The notes beneath the pieces were generated by a model. That model was not told the origin of the DNA and made no database searches. It saw nothing but the letters and a program-made list of their open reading frames with translations. Made by a program: the position numbers and the translations under genes. Shown here one piece after another: positions 18,914-28,479 of a stretch of DNA of 64,000 bases; positions within the stretch are counted from its first letter, which is position 1, and the number at the start of each line of letters is the position of its first letter. Source of the DNA: Candidatus Marinacidobacterium sp. (lineage in GTDB: Bacteria; Acidobacteriota; Vicinamibacteria; Marinacidobacterales; Marinacidobacteraceae); contig OZ242011.1 of assembly GCA_965204755.1 (NCBI GenBank), positions 2,432,001-2,496,000 of the forward strand, written 5' to 3'.

Positions 18914-19816
18914 ATGGCGGTCGTCGGTTTCGGGCTTCTTTCCCATGTGCCCACGATCATGCTGCCCGAGCGGGAGCGCCGGGCGCTGAACGAAGGCGAG
19001 GAGATCAGTCTCGTTCCCGGTCTCCGGCGGTTGCGCTCCGAGGTCCTGGATCCGCTCGCGGCGGAGACCTTCGTCGTCTTCGATACGCACTGGGCGAGCA
19101 CCTTCGAGCACCTGCTCAGCGCGCACGACCGGCGGCGGGGGGCGTACACCTCCGACGAACTGCCGCGCGGCCTGGCCGGGATTCCCTACGACTTTCCCGG
19201 CGACCCGGCGCTCGCTGACGGGGCGGCGGCCGCCGCGGAGCGGTTCGGCCAGCGGGCGCATGCGAGCCGCGATCCGCACCTGCCGATCCACTACCCGACG
19301 GTCAACCTGCTCCACCACCTCCACCGGGGGGAGCGGGTGGTGTCGGTGAGTTGCGCCCAGACCGGGGAGACCGCCGACTTCCTCGCGATGGGCCGGGCCA
19401 TCGGCGAGGCGGTGAGCGCCGCCGGGCGCCGCGTGGCGCTGCTGGCTTCCGGCGGGCTGAGCCACCGGTTCTGGCCGCTTTCGGTCATCGCCGACCACGA
19501 GCCCTCGGATCCGGTCCATGTGCGGACGCCGGAGGCGCGGGCGGCCGACGAACTCCGCCTTCGATGGATGCGGGAGGGGCGCCATCGCCGGGTCGTGGAG
19601 ACGATGGACGAGTACGCCCGGTTCGCGCCGGAGGGTCGTTTCGGCCACTACCTGATGGCCCTCGGCGCGGTCGGCGGCGCGGACTGCCGGGCGCCCGGAC
19701 GGATGTTCTCCCGCTACGAGAGCGCGGTGGGAACCGGCCAGGCGCATGTGTGGTTCGACCGCCCGGCGGACGGATGGTCCGGGTCGAACGACGGACCGAC
19801 GCCGCCGCGGCGGTGA
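18914..19816 (+). CDS. LigB-class extradiol dioxygenase (homoprotocatechuate 2,3-dioxygenase-like)
   Basis: SHVPTI, FDTHW, YTSDELP, HYPT, ASGGLSHRFW, GTGQAHVWF. Confidence 0.82.
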   Translation: MAVVGFGLLSHVPTIMLPERERRALNEGEEISLVPGLRRLRSEVLDPLAAETFVVFDTHWASTFEHLLSAHDRRRGAYTSDELPRGLAGIPYDFPGDPALADGAAAAAERFGQRAHASRDPHLPIHYPTVNLLHHLHRGERVVSVSCAQTGETADFLAMGRAIGEAVSAAGRRVALLASGGLSHRFWPLSVIADHEPSDPVHVRTPEARAADELRLRWMREGRHRRVVETMDEYARFAPEGRFGHYLMALGAVGGADCRAPGRMFSRYESAVGTGQAHVWFDRPADGWSGSNDGPTPPRR

Positions 19817-19874
19817 TGGGTCGGCCTCCCCGAATCGCCCGAACCGGTCACCGGACGCGGACTGGCGCCACTAC

Positions 19875-20235
19875 GCGGAGGGTGGCGTCGATACGCGAGG
19901 TGGTGTCAACTACGCCCTACCGTCTCGGTGCGCAAGGGGCACTCGATATGCCGGTGGTCTTCGCGCGGGGTCGTGTCGTTGCACGAGGTGGTGTCACTAC
20001 GGCGAAGGGTTCGGTGCACCGAGTCATGTCGTTCGGCGGAGTCGTGTCGCTGCGCGAGATGCGCCCCGCAGGGCGTCGTCGCTTCGGGCGATCGTTGGCG
20101 AGGTCGTGTCGATTTCCGCGAGAGTCGTGACGATAACGGCGAGGTGGAGTCAATTACCGCCGAGGTGGTGCCAATTGCGGCGGAGGTGGAGTCAATTCCG
20201 CGGAAGTGGTGTCGATACGCGAGGTGGTGTCATTG
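19875..20235. repeat. Degenerate intergenic array of ~20-bp direct repeats (core GCGAGGTSGTGTC)
   Basis: About a dozen copies; exact 22-bp duplicate GTCGATACGCGAGGTGGTGTCA at 19887-19908 and 20211-20232. Confidence 0.75.
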
Positions 20236-20269
20236 GCGAAGGCGGGAACCGCCGCCCGGTCGTCTCCGG

Positions 20270-22597
20270 TTACTCCGGCGACGGGAACTCCAGTCCGACC
20301 TGCGTCATCAGGAACGCGGTCTCCATCGCCACATCGGCGACCACTTTGGCCCGCGGGCGTCCGCCGGCGTGGCCGGCGCGTTCGTCGTACCGGAGGATGA
20401 CCGGCAGCCCGGAAGAACTCGCCGCCTGCAGCCGCGCGGTCATCTTGCGCGCCTGGAGCGGCGGCACCCGCGTATCCAGGTCGCCCTGGGTCAACATCAC
20501 CGCCGGGTAGTCCACCCCGTCGCGCACCGCCTGGTAGGGCGAATACCGGCGCAGGAACTCGAACTCCTCCGCCTTCTCCGCGTTCCCGTATTCGAGGAGC
20601 GCCGGCAGGTTGTTCGTCTCGCGGAAGGTGAAGAAGCGCACCATGTCCAGGTCCGGGAAACCGCAGAACACCGCGCGGAAGAGATCCGGCCGCTGCGTGA
20701 ACGCGCTCGCCACCAGGAGCCCGCCGTTGCTCGCTCCGGTGATCGCCAGTCGGGCCGGATTCGTGACGCCGTTGTCGACGAGCCATTCGGCGGCGGAGAG
20801 GAAGTCGTCGAAGACCTGCTGCTTGTTCCCGAGCATTCCGGCGCGGTGCCACTCCTCCCCGTACTCGCCGCCGCCCCGGAGCGTCGCCACGGCATAGACG
20901 CCGCCGGCCTCCGCCCAGACCGCGGCCTGGGCCCGGAAGGTCGGCGTGAGGCTCACATCGAAACCGCCGTAGCCGTGGAGCAGCGTCGGCGTTTCGCCGT
21001 CCGGCTCGACATCGCGCCGCCGGAGGAGCGTCATCGGCGCCCGGGCGCCGTCGGTCGAGGTGTAGAACACCTGCTCGACGACGAGGTTCCCGCCGTCGTA
21101 GTCCGGACGCGGGGGTTCGATGAGTTCGCGTTCGCGGGTCTCGAGGTCGAGGCGGTAGCGCGCCTCCGGCGAGGTGAACGAACGGAGCGTGAGCACCGCG
21201 GTGTCCTCGCTGTCGCCGGCGCTTTCGATCGAGGCGGTATGGAGCGGCGGGAGCGGCACTTCGCCGACCGCGCGCAGCGGCGCTCCGTCCTCCCCGTCCT
21301 CGTCCGCTTCGTACGCGACGATCCTCGACGCCGCGTCGGCGAGGTAGTGCGCGTAGGTCCGTCCGCCGATCGTCGTATAGCGGGTCAGCCGCTGCTCGCC
21401 TTCGGGGATCCATTCCGTCCAGAGCGAGCGGTCGGCCCATCGCTCCGGGGCGACGCCCTCCACCGGCGCGGAGAGCACCCGGTAGTTCGGGGCGTCCCAG
21501 TCCGTGTGGAGCAGCAGCCGTCCGTCCGCGTATCGCGCCGCCATATGGGCGTCTTCGCCGGCGAACACCGGGTGGACGGCGCCGCTCGCCCGCTCCAGCA
21601 GGAAGACTTCGTTCCGCGCCCAGCCGTGCTGCGCGCCGACGAGCAACCACTCCCCGCCGCGGATCTCTTCCACCCGCAGGAAGGTTTCCGGGCCGTAGCC
21701 CTCGCCGAAGAGTTCCGCCGCTTCGCCGGCGGCGCCCCCGATCCGGTGGTGGCGCACTCGCGGCCCGATCTCCCGCGACCGATGGACGGCGTAGAAGCCC
21801 TCGCCTTCGCCGTCGAAGGCGATCGTTCCGTAGAGCGCCTCCGGCAGCGAGTCGGGCCGCGCTTCGCCGGCGCCCAGGTCGAACAGGTGGACGCTGATCT
21901 CGTCGAGCCCGCCGTCCCGGACCCGGAACAGGAGGAGCGATCCGTCAGGCGACACATCCACGATGTCCACGCTGGCGGCGTCGTCGTAACCGAGGGCGGC
22001 CGGATCCACCAAAGTCTCGTAGTCGCCGTCCGCCGCCGGCCGGGGCGCGCCGGCGGGTTCCGCGCCCTCCGCCGGAGCGGGACGGGAGACGATCCGCGCC
22101 TGGGGCTCGCCCGGGCGGCGCAGGGTGAAGACCTCCCGGTCGCCGGCGCGCCGCGGCGCCCCCACCGACGCGGTGTCCATCAACTCGGAGAGCCGGGCCT
22201 GCAGCCTCGCCGTGAGCGCCGCGTCGGCGACCACCTCCCGGGCGTAGGCGTTCTGCGCCGCGATCCAGGCGCGGGTCTCCGCGCTGTCCTGTTCCTCCAG
22301 CCACCGGTAGGGATCGGGGACTTCCACGCCGTGGAGCGTGTCCACGACGACTTCCACCCGCGTCGGCGGCGGCGCCGGCCAGCGCTCGCCGCCGCAACCG
22401 GAAGAGACCGCCGCCAGGGCGAGCGCCGGCAGCAGCGGCGCGAGCCTCCGCCTCCCTCCGCCGAAAGGCGCCGCCGAGGCGCCGCCGCCGGGCGTCGCCC
22501 CACTTGCCGGCCCACCTTCCGCCGCCGTTGCGCCGGGTCGCCGAATCCCGCTCATCGGAGTCTCCTTCGGGGCGTCCTTCGGCGCTCGGTCCGCCAT
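20270..22597 (-). CDS. Prolyl oligopeptidase (S9A), probable lipoprotein; start may be 22555
   Basis: VPDPYRWLE, HGYGGF, RGGGEYGEEWH, GASNGG, DTRVPP, AGHAGG; lipobox-like SSGC. Confidence 0.9.
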   Translation of the reverse strand: MADRAPKDAPKETPMSGIRRPGATAAEGGPASGATPGGGASAAPFGGGRRRLAPLLPALALAAVSSGCGGERWPAPPPTRVEVVVDTLHGVEVPDPYRWLEEQDSAETRAWIAAQNAYAREVVADAALTARLQARLSELMDTASVGAPRRAGDREVFTLRRPGEPQARIVSRPAPAEGAEPAGAPRPAADGDYETLVDPAALGYDDAASVDIVDVSPDGSLLLFRVRDGGLDEISVHLFDLGAGEARPDSLPEALYGTIAFDGEGEGFYAVHRSREIGPRVRHHRIGGAAGEAAELFGEGYGPETFLRVEEIRGGEWLLVGAQHGWARNEVFLLERASGAVHPVFAGEDAHMAARYADGRLLLHTDWDAPNYRVLSAPVEGVAPERWADRSLWTEWIPEGEQRLTRYTTIGGRTYAHYLADAASRIVAYEADEDGEDGAPLRAVGEVPLPPLHTASIESAGDSEDTAVLTLRSFTSPEARYRLDLETRERELIEPPRPDYDGGNLVVEQVFYTSTDGARAPMTLLRRRDVEPDGETPTLLHGYGGFDVSLTPTFRAQAAVWAEAGGVYAVATLRGGGEYGEEWHRAGMLGNKQQVFDDFLSAAEWLVDNGVTNPARLAITGASNGGLLVASAFTQRPDLFRAVFCGFPDLDMVRFFTFRETNNLPALLEYGNAEKAEEFEFLRRYSPYQAVRDGVDYPAVMLTQGDLDTRVPPLQARKMTARLQAASSSGLPVILRYDERAGHAGGRPRAKVVADVAMETAFLMTQVGLEFPSPE

Positions 22598-22645
22598 GGC
22601 CCCCCGGCTATTCTCCCCCGGCCGCTTCGCCCCCCCGTCGCCGAC

Positions 22646-23236
22646 TTGCCGTTTCGCCTGCCCGAAGACTTCGTCCTCGATCCCGACCGGGGTTTCCCGA
22701 TCCACCGGGGCGTGGTCGCTCCGGATTGGACCGACCGGAACGGCCACATGAATGTCGTGTACTACCGGCTGGCCTTCGACCGGGCGACCCAAGCCTTCCT
22801 CACCCGCATCGGCCTTTGGGACAACGACAACGACGAGGGCTCCACCTTCGCCCTGGAGGACCATGTGACCTACCAGGGCGAACTCCATCCGGGACGGGGT
22901 TTCTTCGTCACCTACCAACTGCTGGACTACAGCCAGAAACTGGTCCACGCCTTCCTCCGGCTCTACGCCGACCCGGAGTCCGGCGGCGGCGCCCCGACCC
23001 TGGCGGCCACCTGCGAGCACATCGGCTGCTATGTGGACATGCGCACCCGCCGCTCGGCGCCGATGCCGGCGGCCTTCACCGCGCTCCTCGAAGCGGTCGC
23101 CGAGCGGCAGCGCGGCCTTTCGCCCGATCTCGCGCCGCCGGCGGAGAAGGGGCGGGTCATCGGCATCCGCCGCCGGCCGCGCGCCGGCGCCGAGGCGGAG
23201 GCGCCGGCCGGAACCGCCGCCGCGGCGGCCCGCTGA
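22646..23236 (+). CDS. Hotdog-fold acyl-CoA thioesterase; start uncertain
   Basis: WTDRNGHMNVVYY..FD, FALEDHVTYQGEL, VDMRTRRSAP. Confidence 0.8.
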   Translation: MPFRLPEDFVLDPDRGFPIHRGVVAPDWTDRNGHMNVVYYRLAFDRATQAFLTRIGLWDNDNDEGSTFALEDHVTYQGELHPGRGFFVTYQLLDYSQKLVHAFLRLYADPESGGGAPTLAATCEHIGCYVDMRTRRSAPMPAAFTALLEAVAERQRGLSPDLAPPAEKGRVIGIRRRPRAGAEAEAPAGTAAAAAR

Positions 23237-23381
23237 CCGGGGCCGCCGGCCCCGCCTTCCCCGAAGGCCGGAGGCCGGCGCCGTCCCCTCTACAATGGCG
23301 GGTTCGGCCTCGCGCCCGGCCCCTCCGAGGGGCCGGGGAGGCCACGACACCGACCCCATCGAGACCCCGGAGGTCCTTCCC

Positions 23382-23915
23382 ATGACGATCTCGAACCCCC
23401 GTCCGCTCCGCCTCCCGGCGCTCGCCGCCGCCCTCGCCGTTTCCTTCGGCCTCGCCGCCGCGCCGGCGTTCGCCCAGAGTCCGCGGGGAACCGCCGAAGG
23501 GACCGTCGGCGGGGCCTCCGTGACCGTCGAATACGGCCGCCCCAGCCTCGGGGGCCGCGACATGCTTTCGCGGATCGAGGACGGCATGGTCTGGCGGCTG
23601 GGCGCCGACCAGTCCACCACGCTGACCACCAGCGCGGCCCTGGAGATCGGCGGCGCTTCGCTGGCCGCCGGTTCCTACAGCCTGTTCGCCCGGAAGACGG
23701 CCGACGGCTGGGTGCTGCTGGTGAACTCGGAGACCGGCCAGTGGGGCACGGAGCACGAGTCGGCCAAGGATGTGGCCGAGACGCCCCTCTCGGTTTCGAC
23801 CGGCGAGTCGGTGGAGCAGTTCACGATCAGCATCGAAGAGCACGGCGGCTCGCAGATGCTCCACTTCGCCTGGGGCGAGACCACGCTCATGGCGCCGGTG
23901 TCCGCCGGTTCCTGA
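23382..23915 (+). CDS. DUF2911 family secreted protein
   Basis: Signal peptide, SPRG, VEYGRPS.GR, VWRLGAD, GSYSLF, QWG, VEQFTI. Confidence 0.85.
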   Translation: MTISNPRPLRLPALAAALAVSFGLAAAPAFAQSPRGTAEGTVGGASVTVEYGRPSLGGRDMLSRIEDGMVWRLGADQSTTLTTSAALEIGGASLAAGSYSLFARKTADGWVLLVNSETGQWGTEHESAKDVAETPLSVSTGESVEQFTISIEEHGGSQMLHFAWGETTLMAPVSAGS

Positions 23916-24042
23916 ACCCCGCGCGCGCCGAACCCCTTTCCCTCGAAGAGTCGAAACGCCGCGCCGGAGGCCGTTCTCGCACGGTTTCCGGCGGCGGCCG
24001 TTCCTCTTCTCCCTCATCCGTTTGACCCAAGGAGGCCCTCAG

Positions 24043-26961
24043 ATGGCTGACACCAGGACGATGTCGATGCTCGGACGCCCCGGGAGGTGCTCGGGAGTCG
24101 GGACTTGTTCGAAGGCGGCCACGCTGACGGCCGCCCTTTTCTTCTTCCTCGCCGCTCCGGCGTTCGCCCAGTACGGGCAGATCGAGGGACGGGTCGCCGA
24201 CGCCACCGGCGCGGTGCTCCCCGGTGTGACCGTCACCGCGGTCAACGAAGACACCGGCGTGGCGCGCTCGGCGGTCACGGACGCGGAAGGCGACTACCGC
24301 CTTCCCGCGCTCCTGCCCGGGCCGTACACCGTTTCCGCCGAACTCACCGGTTTCTCGACGGTCGCGACCACCGGCGTAATCCTGACCATCCAACAGACCA
24401 TCGTCATGAACATGGACCTGGCGATCGCCCAGGTCGAGGAGACGGTCACGGTGACCGGCGCCGCCCCCCTGCTCGACACCCGCCGATCCGATGTCTCGAC
24501 CGCGGTCTCCGACCTCCAGATCCAGGACCTGCCGGTGGCGTCGCGCCGCTGGGTGGACCTGGCCCTGCTCACTCCGGGAACCAGCCAGGACGCGATCCGC
24601 GGCTTCTACTACCGCGGCAATGTGAACATGGGCGCCGGCGGCCGGTACTACGCGAACGCCTTCATCGTGGACGGCGTGAACAACACCTGGGCGGAGATGG
24701 GCGAAGCGCGCCAGAACTTCCCCATGGACGCGATCGGCGAGTTCAAGATCACGACGAGCAACTTCAAGGCGGAATACGGCCTCGCCACCGGCGGACTGAT
24801 GACCGTGGTGACCAAGTCGGGGACGAACGACTTCTCCGGGAGCGCCTTCGTCTTCTTCCGCGACAAGTCGCTCACCGCGCTCACCTACCAGGACCGGGAG
24901 GCCGGGCGCGAAAAGCCCGACTACCGCCGGTACCAGTGGGGCGGCTCGCTGGGCGGCCCGATCGTCGAGGACCGGACGCACTTCTTCTTCGCCTACGAGC
25001 GCACCGACGAGTCCCTGTTCTACACGGTGGACACCGGCGGGGTCTTTCCCGACTACGACGGCACTTTCCCCAAGGACGAGTGGCGCTACATGTGGCTCGG
25101 CCGGATCAACCACCAACTGACCGACGACCACTCGATCTGGCTGCGCGTGGCCTGGGAGAACGAGTACCGGCCTAACCTGAACGCCCGCGGGATCACCGCC
25201 GAGGGCTTCGACTTCGCGGTTCCGAGGAACGCCGAAGTGTTCGGCGTCACCTCGGTGCTCGGCGAGAACGGGCTGAACGAGTTCCGCTTCCAGCGCGCCT
25301 TCTCCAAGTACGAAGTGAGCCCGGCCTTCACGCACGGCTCGTTCGACGCCGGCGACTTCAACCCGGAGCGGCTGGCGAATTGCTCGGTCAACATCCGCCG
25401 TCCGGACCTCCGCACCGGTTCCTGCAACGACCAGATGGGGCCGGAGACGCGCTGGCAGTTCAAGGACGACTTCACGCTCTTCCGCCCCGGCTTCGGCGGC
25501 GACCACCAGTTGAAGATCGGCGTGGACTACAACTGGATCGATTTCAAGGCGGACAGCCTCGGCAACTACGCCGGCCGGTTCACCTTCGAGACCAACGATC
25601 CGTTCGACGAGGACGACCCGGAGACCTACCCCTCGCAGTATGTCCAGTCGCAGCCCCGCTACGACCGGGTGCCGGTGCACCATGTCTCCGCGTATGTCCA
25701 GGACGATGTCACCGCGGACCGGCTGACGCTGAACCTCGGTCTCCGCTACGACCTCCAGGTCGGCACCTTCAACGAGGACATCCGCGACATCTCGTTCCCG
25801 CTGCCCATTCCCTTCCACGAGGGAGCGGAGAACCGGGGCGACGGCGACAACTGGGGACCCAGGATCGGCTTCGTCTTCGACCTGTCGTCGGACAACACCG
25901 GCCGCACCACGGTGAAGGGCGGCTACGGGAAGTTCTTCGAGAACATCCGCACGCTCACGAACTTCGGCGAGCGGTGGTGGCACCAGCAGCAGACGATCGT
26001 CATCAACAACCCGCCGTATCCGGATCCGCTGGGCGGCCGGTCGCGGGAGGAATTCCTCTCCTCGGCCGCGCCGAACATCACGGTGCTGGCCAACGACTAC
26101 GAGAACCCGTACGCCCACCACTTCAACCTCGGCGTCGCCCATCAACTCCGGGACGACATGGCGCTCTCGTTCGACCTGACCCGGGTCGCGACCCGCGCCG
26201 ACGCCCAGCGGAACATCAACATCAACTACGCCGTGGACGGCGTTCGCCCCTACCCGCAGTTCCGCCGCGTGGCCGCCTCCTACTCCCTGCTCGACCACGA
26301 CTACCAGGCGTTCTACGCCAAGTTCGAGAAGCGGTACGCGAACAGTTGGCAATTCCTGGTGAGTTACACGCTGGCCGAGACCGAGACGACGGAACTCTGG
26401 ACCCGGAACACGGAACCGGCGGGCTGGGAATCGCAATTCCCCGGCTACACGCGGGTCACCCATCCGGGGGACACCGACCGCCGCCACCGGCTGGTAACCA
26501 GCGCCATCGTGACGCTTCCGTTCGACATCCGTCTCTCGACGATCATGGATTACCGCTCGGCGCTCCCGGTGCTGGTGCATTCCGGCCGCAACCTCAACGG
26601 CGACGACTTCAACCAGGACCTGCCCGCCGGCTTTACTGCGTCCAACACCTACGGCTGCCGGAACTTGGACCTCGGACTGGCGAACACCTACCGGGCTGAA
26701 ATCGGCCAGCCGGCTGCGAACGACTTTTCCTGCGCCGACTTTCTGAATGTGGACTTCCGCGCGGCCAAGACCTTCTACTTCGGCAACGACTACGGAATCG
26801 AGGCCGTGTTCCAGGTGCTGAACGCCTTCGACCGCGCCAACTTCGATGTCCCGATCGGGAACCTGAGTTCGGCCAACTTCGGGGTCGAGGAGCGCTCGCT
26901 GGCGGCGAACATCAACGCGCCGTCCCGCCAGATCGAACTGGCGCTGCGTCTCTCCTTCTGA
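24043..26961 (+). CDS. TonB-dependent receptor with carboxypeptidase-regulatory-like N-domain (Oar type)
   Basis: GRVADATGAVLPGVTV, KSGTNDFSG, LNLGLRYD, PRIGF, C-terminal RQIELALRLSF. Confidence 0.9.
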   Translation: MADTRTMSMLGRPGRCSGVGTCSKAATLTAALFFFLAAPAFAQYGQIEGRVADATGAVLPGVTVTAVNEDTGVARSAVTDAEGDYRLPALLPGPYTVSAELTGFSTVATTGVILTIQQTIVMNMDLAIAQVEETVTVTGAAPLLDTRRSDVSTAVSDLQIQDLPVASRRWVDLALLTPGTSQDAIRGFYYRGNVNMGAGGRYYANAFIVDGVNNTWAEMGEARQNFPMDAIGEFKITTSNFKAEYGLATGGLMTVVTKSGTNDFSGSAFVFFRDKSLTALTYQDREAGREKPDYRRYQWGGSLGGPIVEDRTHFFFAYERTDESLFYTVDTGGVFPDYDGTFPKDEWRYMWLGRINHQLTDDHSIWLRVAWENEYRPNLNARGITAEGFDFAVPRNAEVFGVTSVLGENGLNEFRFQRAFSKYEVSPAFTHGSFDAGDFNPERLANCSVNIRRPDLRTGSCNDQMGPETRWQFKDDFTLFRPGFGGDHQLKIGVDYNWIDFKADSLGNYAGRFTFETNDPFDEDDPETYPSQYVQSQPRYDRVPVHHVSAYVQDDVTADRLTLNLGLRYDLQVGTFNEDIRDISFPLPIPFHEGAENRGDGDNWGPRIGFVFDLSSDNTGRTTVKGGYGKFFENIRTLTNFGERWWHQQQTIVINNPPYPDPLGGRSREEFLSSAAPNITVLANDYENPYAHHFNLGVAHQLRDDMALSFDLTRVATRADAQRNININYAVDGVRPYPQFRRVAASYSLLDHDYQAFYAKFEKRYANSWQFLVSYTLAETETTELWTRNTEPAGWESQFPGYTRVTHPGDTDRRHRLVTSAIVTLPFDIRLSTIMDYRSALPVLVHSGRNLNGDDFNQDLPAGFTASNTYGCRNLDLGLANTYRAEIGQPAANDFSCADFLNVDFRAAKTFYFGNDYGIEAVFQVLNAFDRANFDVPIGNLSSANFGVEERSLAANINAPSRQIELALRLSF

Positions 26962-27130
26962 GCCCACCGCGCCCGGGCGGCTGACCCCGCCCGGGGCCCC
27001 GCCGCCTCGACCCGGCTCCCCGGCCGGGTCGCGGTGGCGGAGGCTGCCGCGGCCGCGCCTCCGGGGGGCTTCGGCCCTCCGCGTCGGCGCCAGGCGTGGA
27101 GTTTTTCGGGCGATAGCGGATTCTCTCTCG

Positions 27131-27151
27131 CATGAATGATTATCATTCATG
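27131..27151. promoter_or_regulatory. Perfect AT-rich palindrome, Fur-box-like operator
   Basis: CATGAATGAT-T-ATCATTCATG; the central 13 bp equal the core of the E. coli Fur consensus (AATGATAATCATT on the minus strand). Confidence 0.55.
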
Positions 27152-28392
27152 ACATGACTTCCCATGTTCTGCCGCGGCAGATATTGCCCCGGCTCGCCCG
27201 CAACCTCCGGGTGATGCCCGCGGTCGTGCTCACCGGCGCCCGGCAGACCGGGAAGAGCACGCTGGCGCGGGAACTGGCGCCGGGGCCGCGCCGGTTCGAG
27301 ACGCTGGACGACTTCGCGGTCGCGAGAACCGCCCGGCGCGACCCCCGGGCGCTGCTGGCGGGCCCGGGGCCGATCACGCTCGACGAAGCGCAGCGCGAAC
27401 CGGCGCTCCTTCCGGCGCTCAAGATCGAGATAGACGAACGGCGGGCGCGCGGAGACCACGAGGGAGGGCGATACCTGCTCACCGGTTCCGCAAACCTGCT
27501 GCTGATGCGGCGCGTCACGGAGTCGCTCGCCGGCCGGGCCGGCTACCTGAACCTCTGGCCGATGACCCGGCGCGAGCAGCGGGGCGAAGAGTCCGGCGCC
27601 GCGTGGGAGGAGTTGGTTCGGGCCGATGACCGGGATTGGCCGGCCCTGCTGGCGGCGCGTCCGGCGGAGCGGGAGGACTGGCGTCACCTGGCCCGCCGGG
27701 GCGGGCTTCCGACTCCGGCGGTCCACCTCGCCGACGCGGACGAACGGGCCGTCTGGTTCGACGGCTATGTCCGCACTTATCTCGAACGCGACCTGTCCGA
27801 CTTGGCGGCCGTTTCGTCGTTACCGGACTTCCGGCTGCTCATGAAACTCGCCGCCGAGCGGCTCGGCCAAGCCGTGAACCAGACGAACCTGGGGCGGGAT
27901 TGCTCGTTGCCGCAGCCGACCGTACGGCGGTACCTGAATCTCCTGGAAGCCTCCTACCAACTGGTCCGGCTGCCGGCGTACGCCGTGAATCGAGGGAAAC
28001 GGCTCATCCGGACGCCGAAACTCTATTGGGGCGATACCGGCGTGGCGCTCCATCTCGCGAGCGGAATGGAGCCGGGGGGCGCGCACCTGGAGAATGTCGT
28101 CCTGAACGACCTGCTGGTTTGGCGCGATACGCGCAGCGCCAAGGCTGATGTCTTCTACTGGCGTACGACGATCGGCGAGGAAGTGGACTTCGTGATCGAG
28201 AACGAACGCCGACTGCTTCCGGTCGAAGTGAAGGCGGCGGCGCGTCCGCGCCTCGGGGACGCGAAGGGGCTGCTCGCGTTCCAGGAGGCGTACGGCGACG
28301 CGGCGCGCGCGGGACTGCTCCTCCACACCGGCTCCGAGATCGAGTGGTTGACCGGTCGGGTGCTCGCGGCGCCGTGGTGGAGGGTGCTGTAG
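27136..28392 (+). CDS. AAA_14 + DUF4143 ATP-binding protein; start may be 27154
   Basis: TGARQTGKST, LDEAQ, LLTGSA, ESLAGR, YVRTYLERD, PKLYWGDTG, EVDFV, VEVK. Confidence 0.9.
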   Translation: MIIIHDMTSHVLPRQILPRLARNLRVMPAVVLTGARQTGKSTLARELAPGPRRFETLDDFAVARTARRDPRALLAGPGPITLDEAQREPALLPALKIEIDERRARGDHEGGRYLLTGSANLLLMRRVTESLAGRAGYLNLWPMTRREQRGEESGAAWEELVRADDRDWPALLAARPAEREDWRHLARRGGLPTPAVHLADADERAVWFDGYVRTYLERDLSDLAAVSSLPDFRLLMKLAAERLGQAVNQTNLGRDCSLPQPTVRRYLNLLEASYQLVRLPAYAVNRGKRLIRTPKLYWGDTGVALHLASGMEPGGAHLENVVLNDLLVWRDTRSAKADVFYWRTTIGEEVDFVIENERRLLPVEVKAAARPRLGDAKGLLAFQEAYGDAARAGLLLHTGSEIEWLTGRVLAAPWWRVL

Positions 28393-28479
28393 CCCGTCCT
28401 TCTTTTCTCTCGGCTTCTCCCGACCCCGGGTTTCCCCGGCGGCGGCCCGCCCCGGAGCGCGCGGCCGCCGTCGGCGCGG

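Noticed and set aside
19875-20235. CRISPR array
   Set aside because: Repeats are short, degenerate and abutting, with no unique spacers and no cas genes
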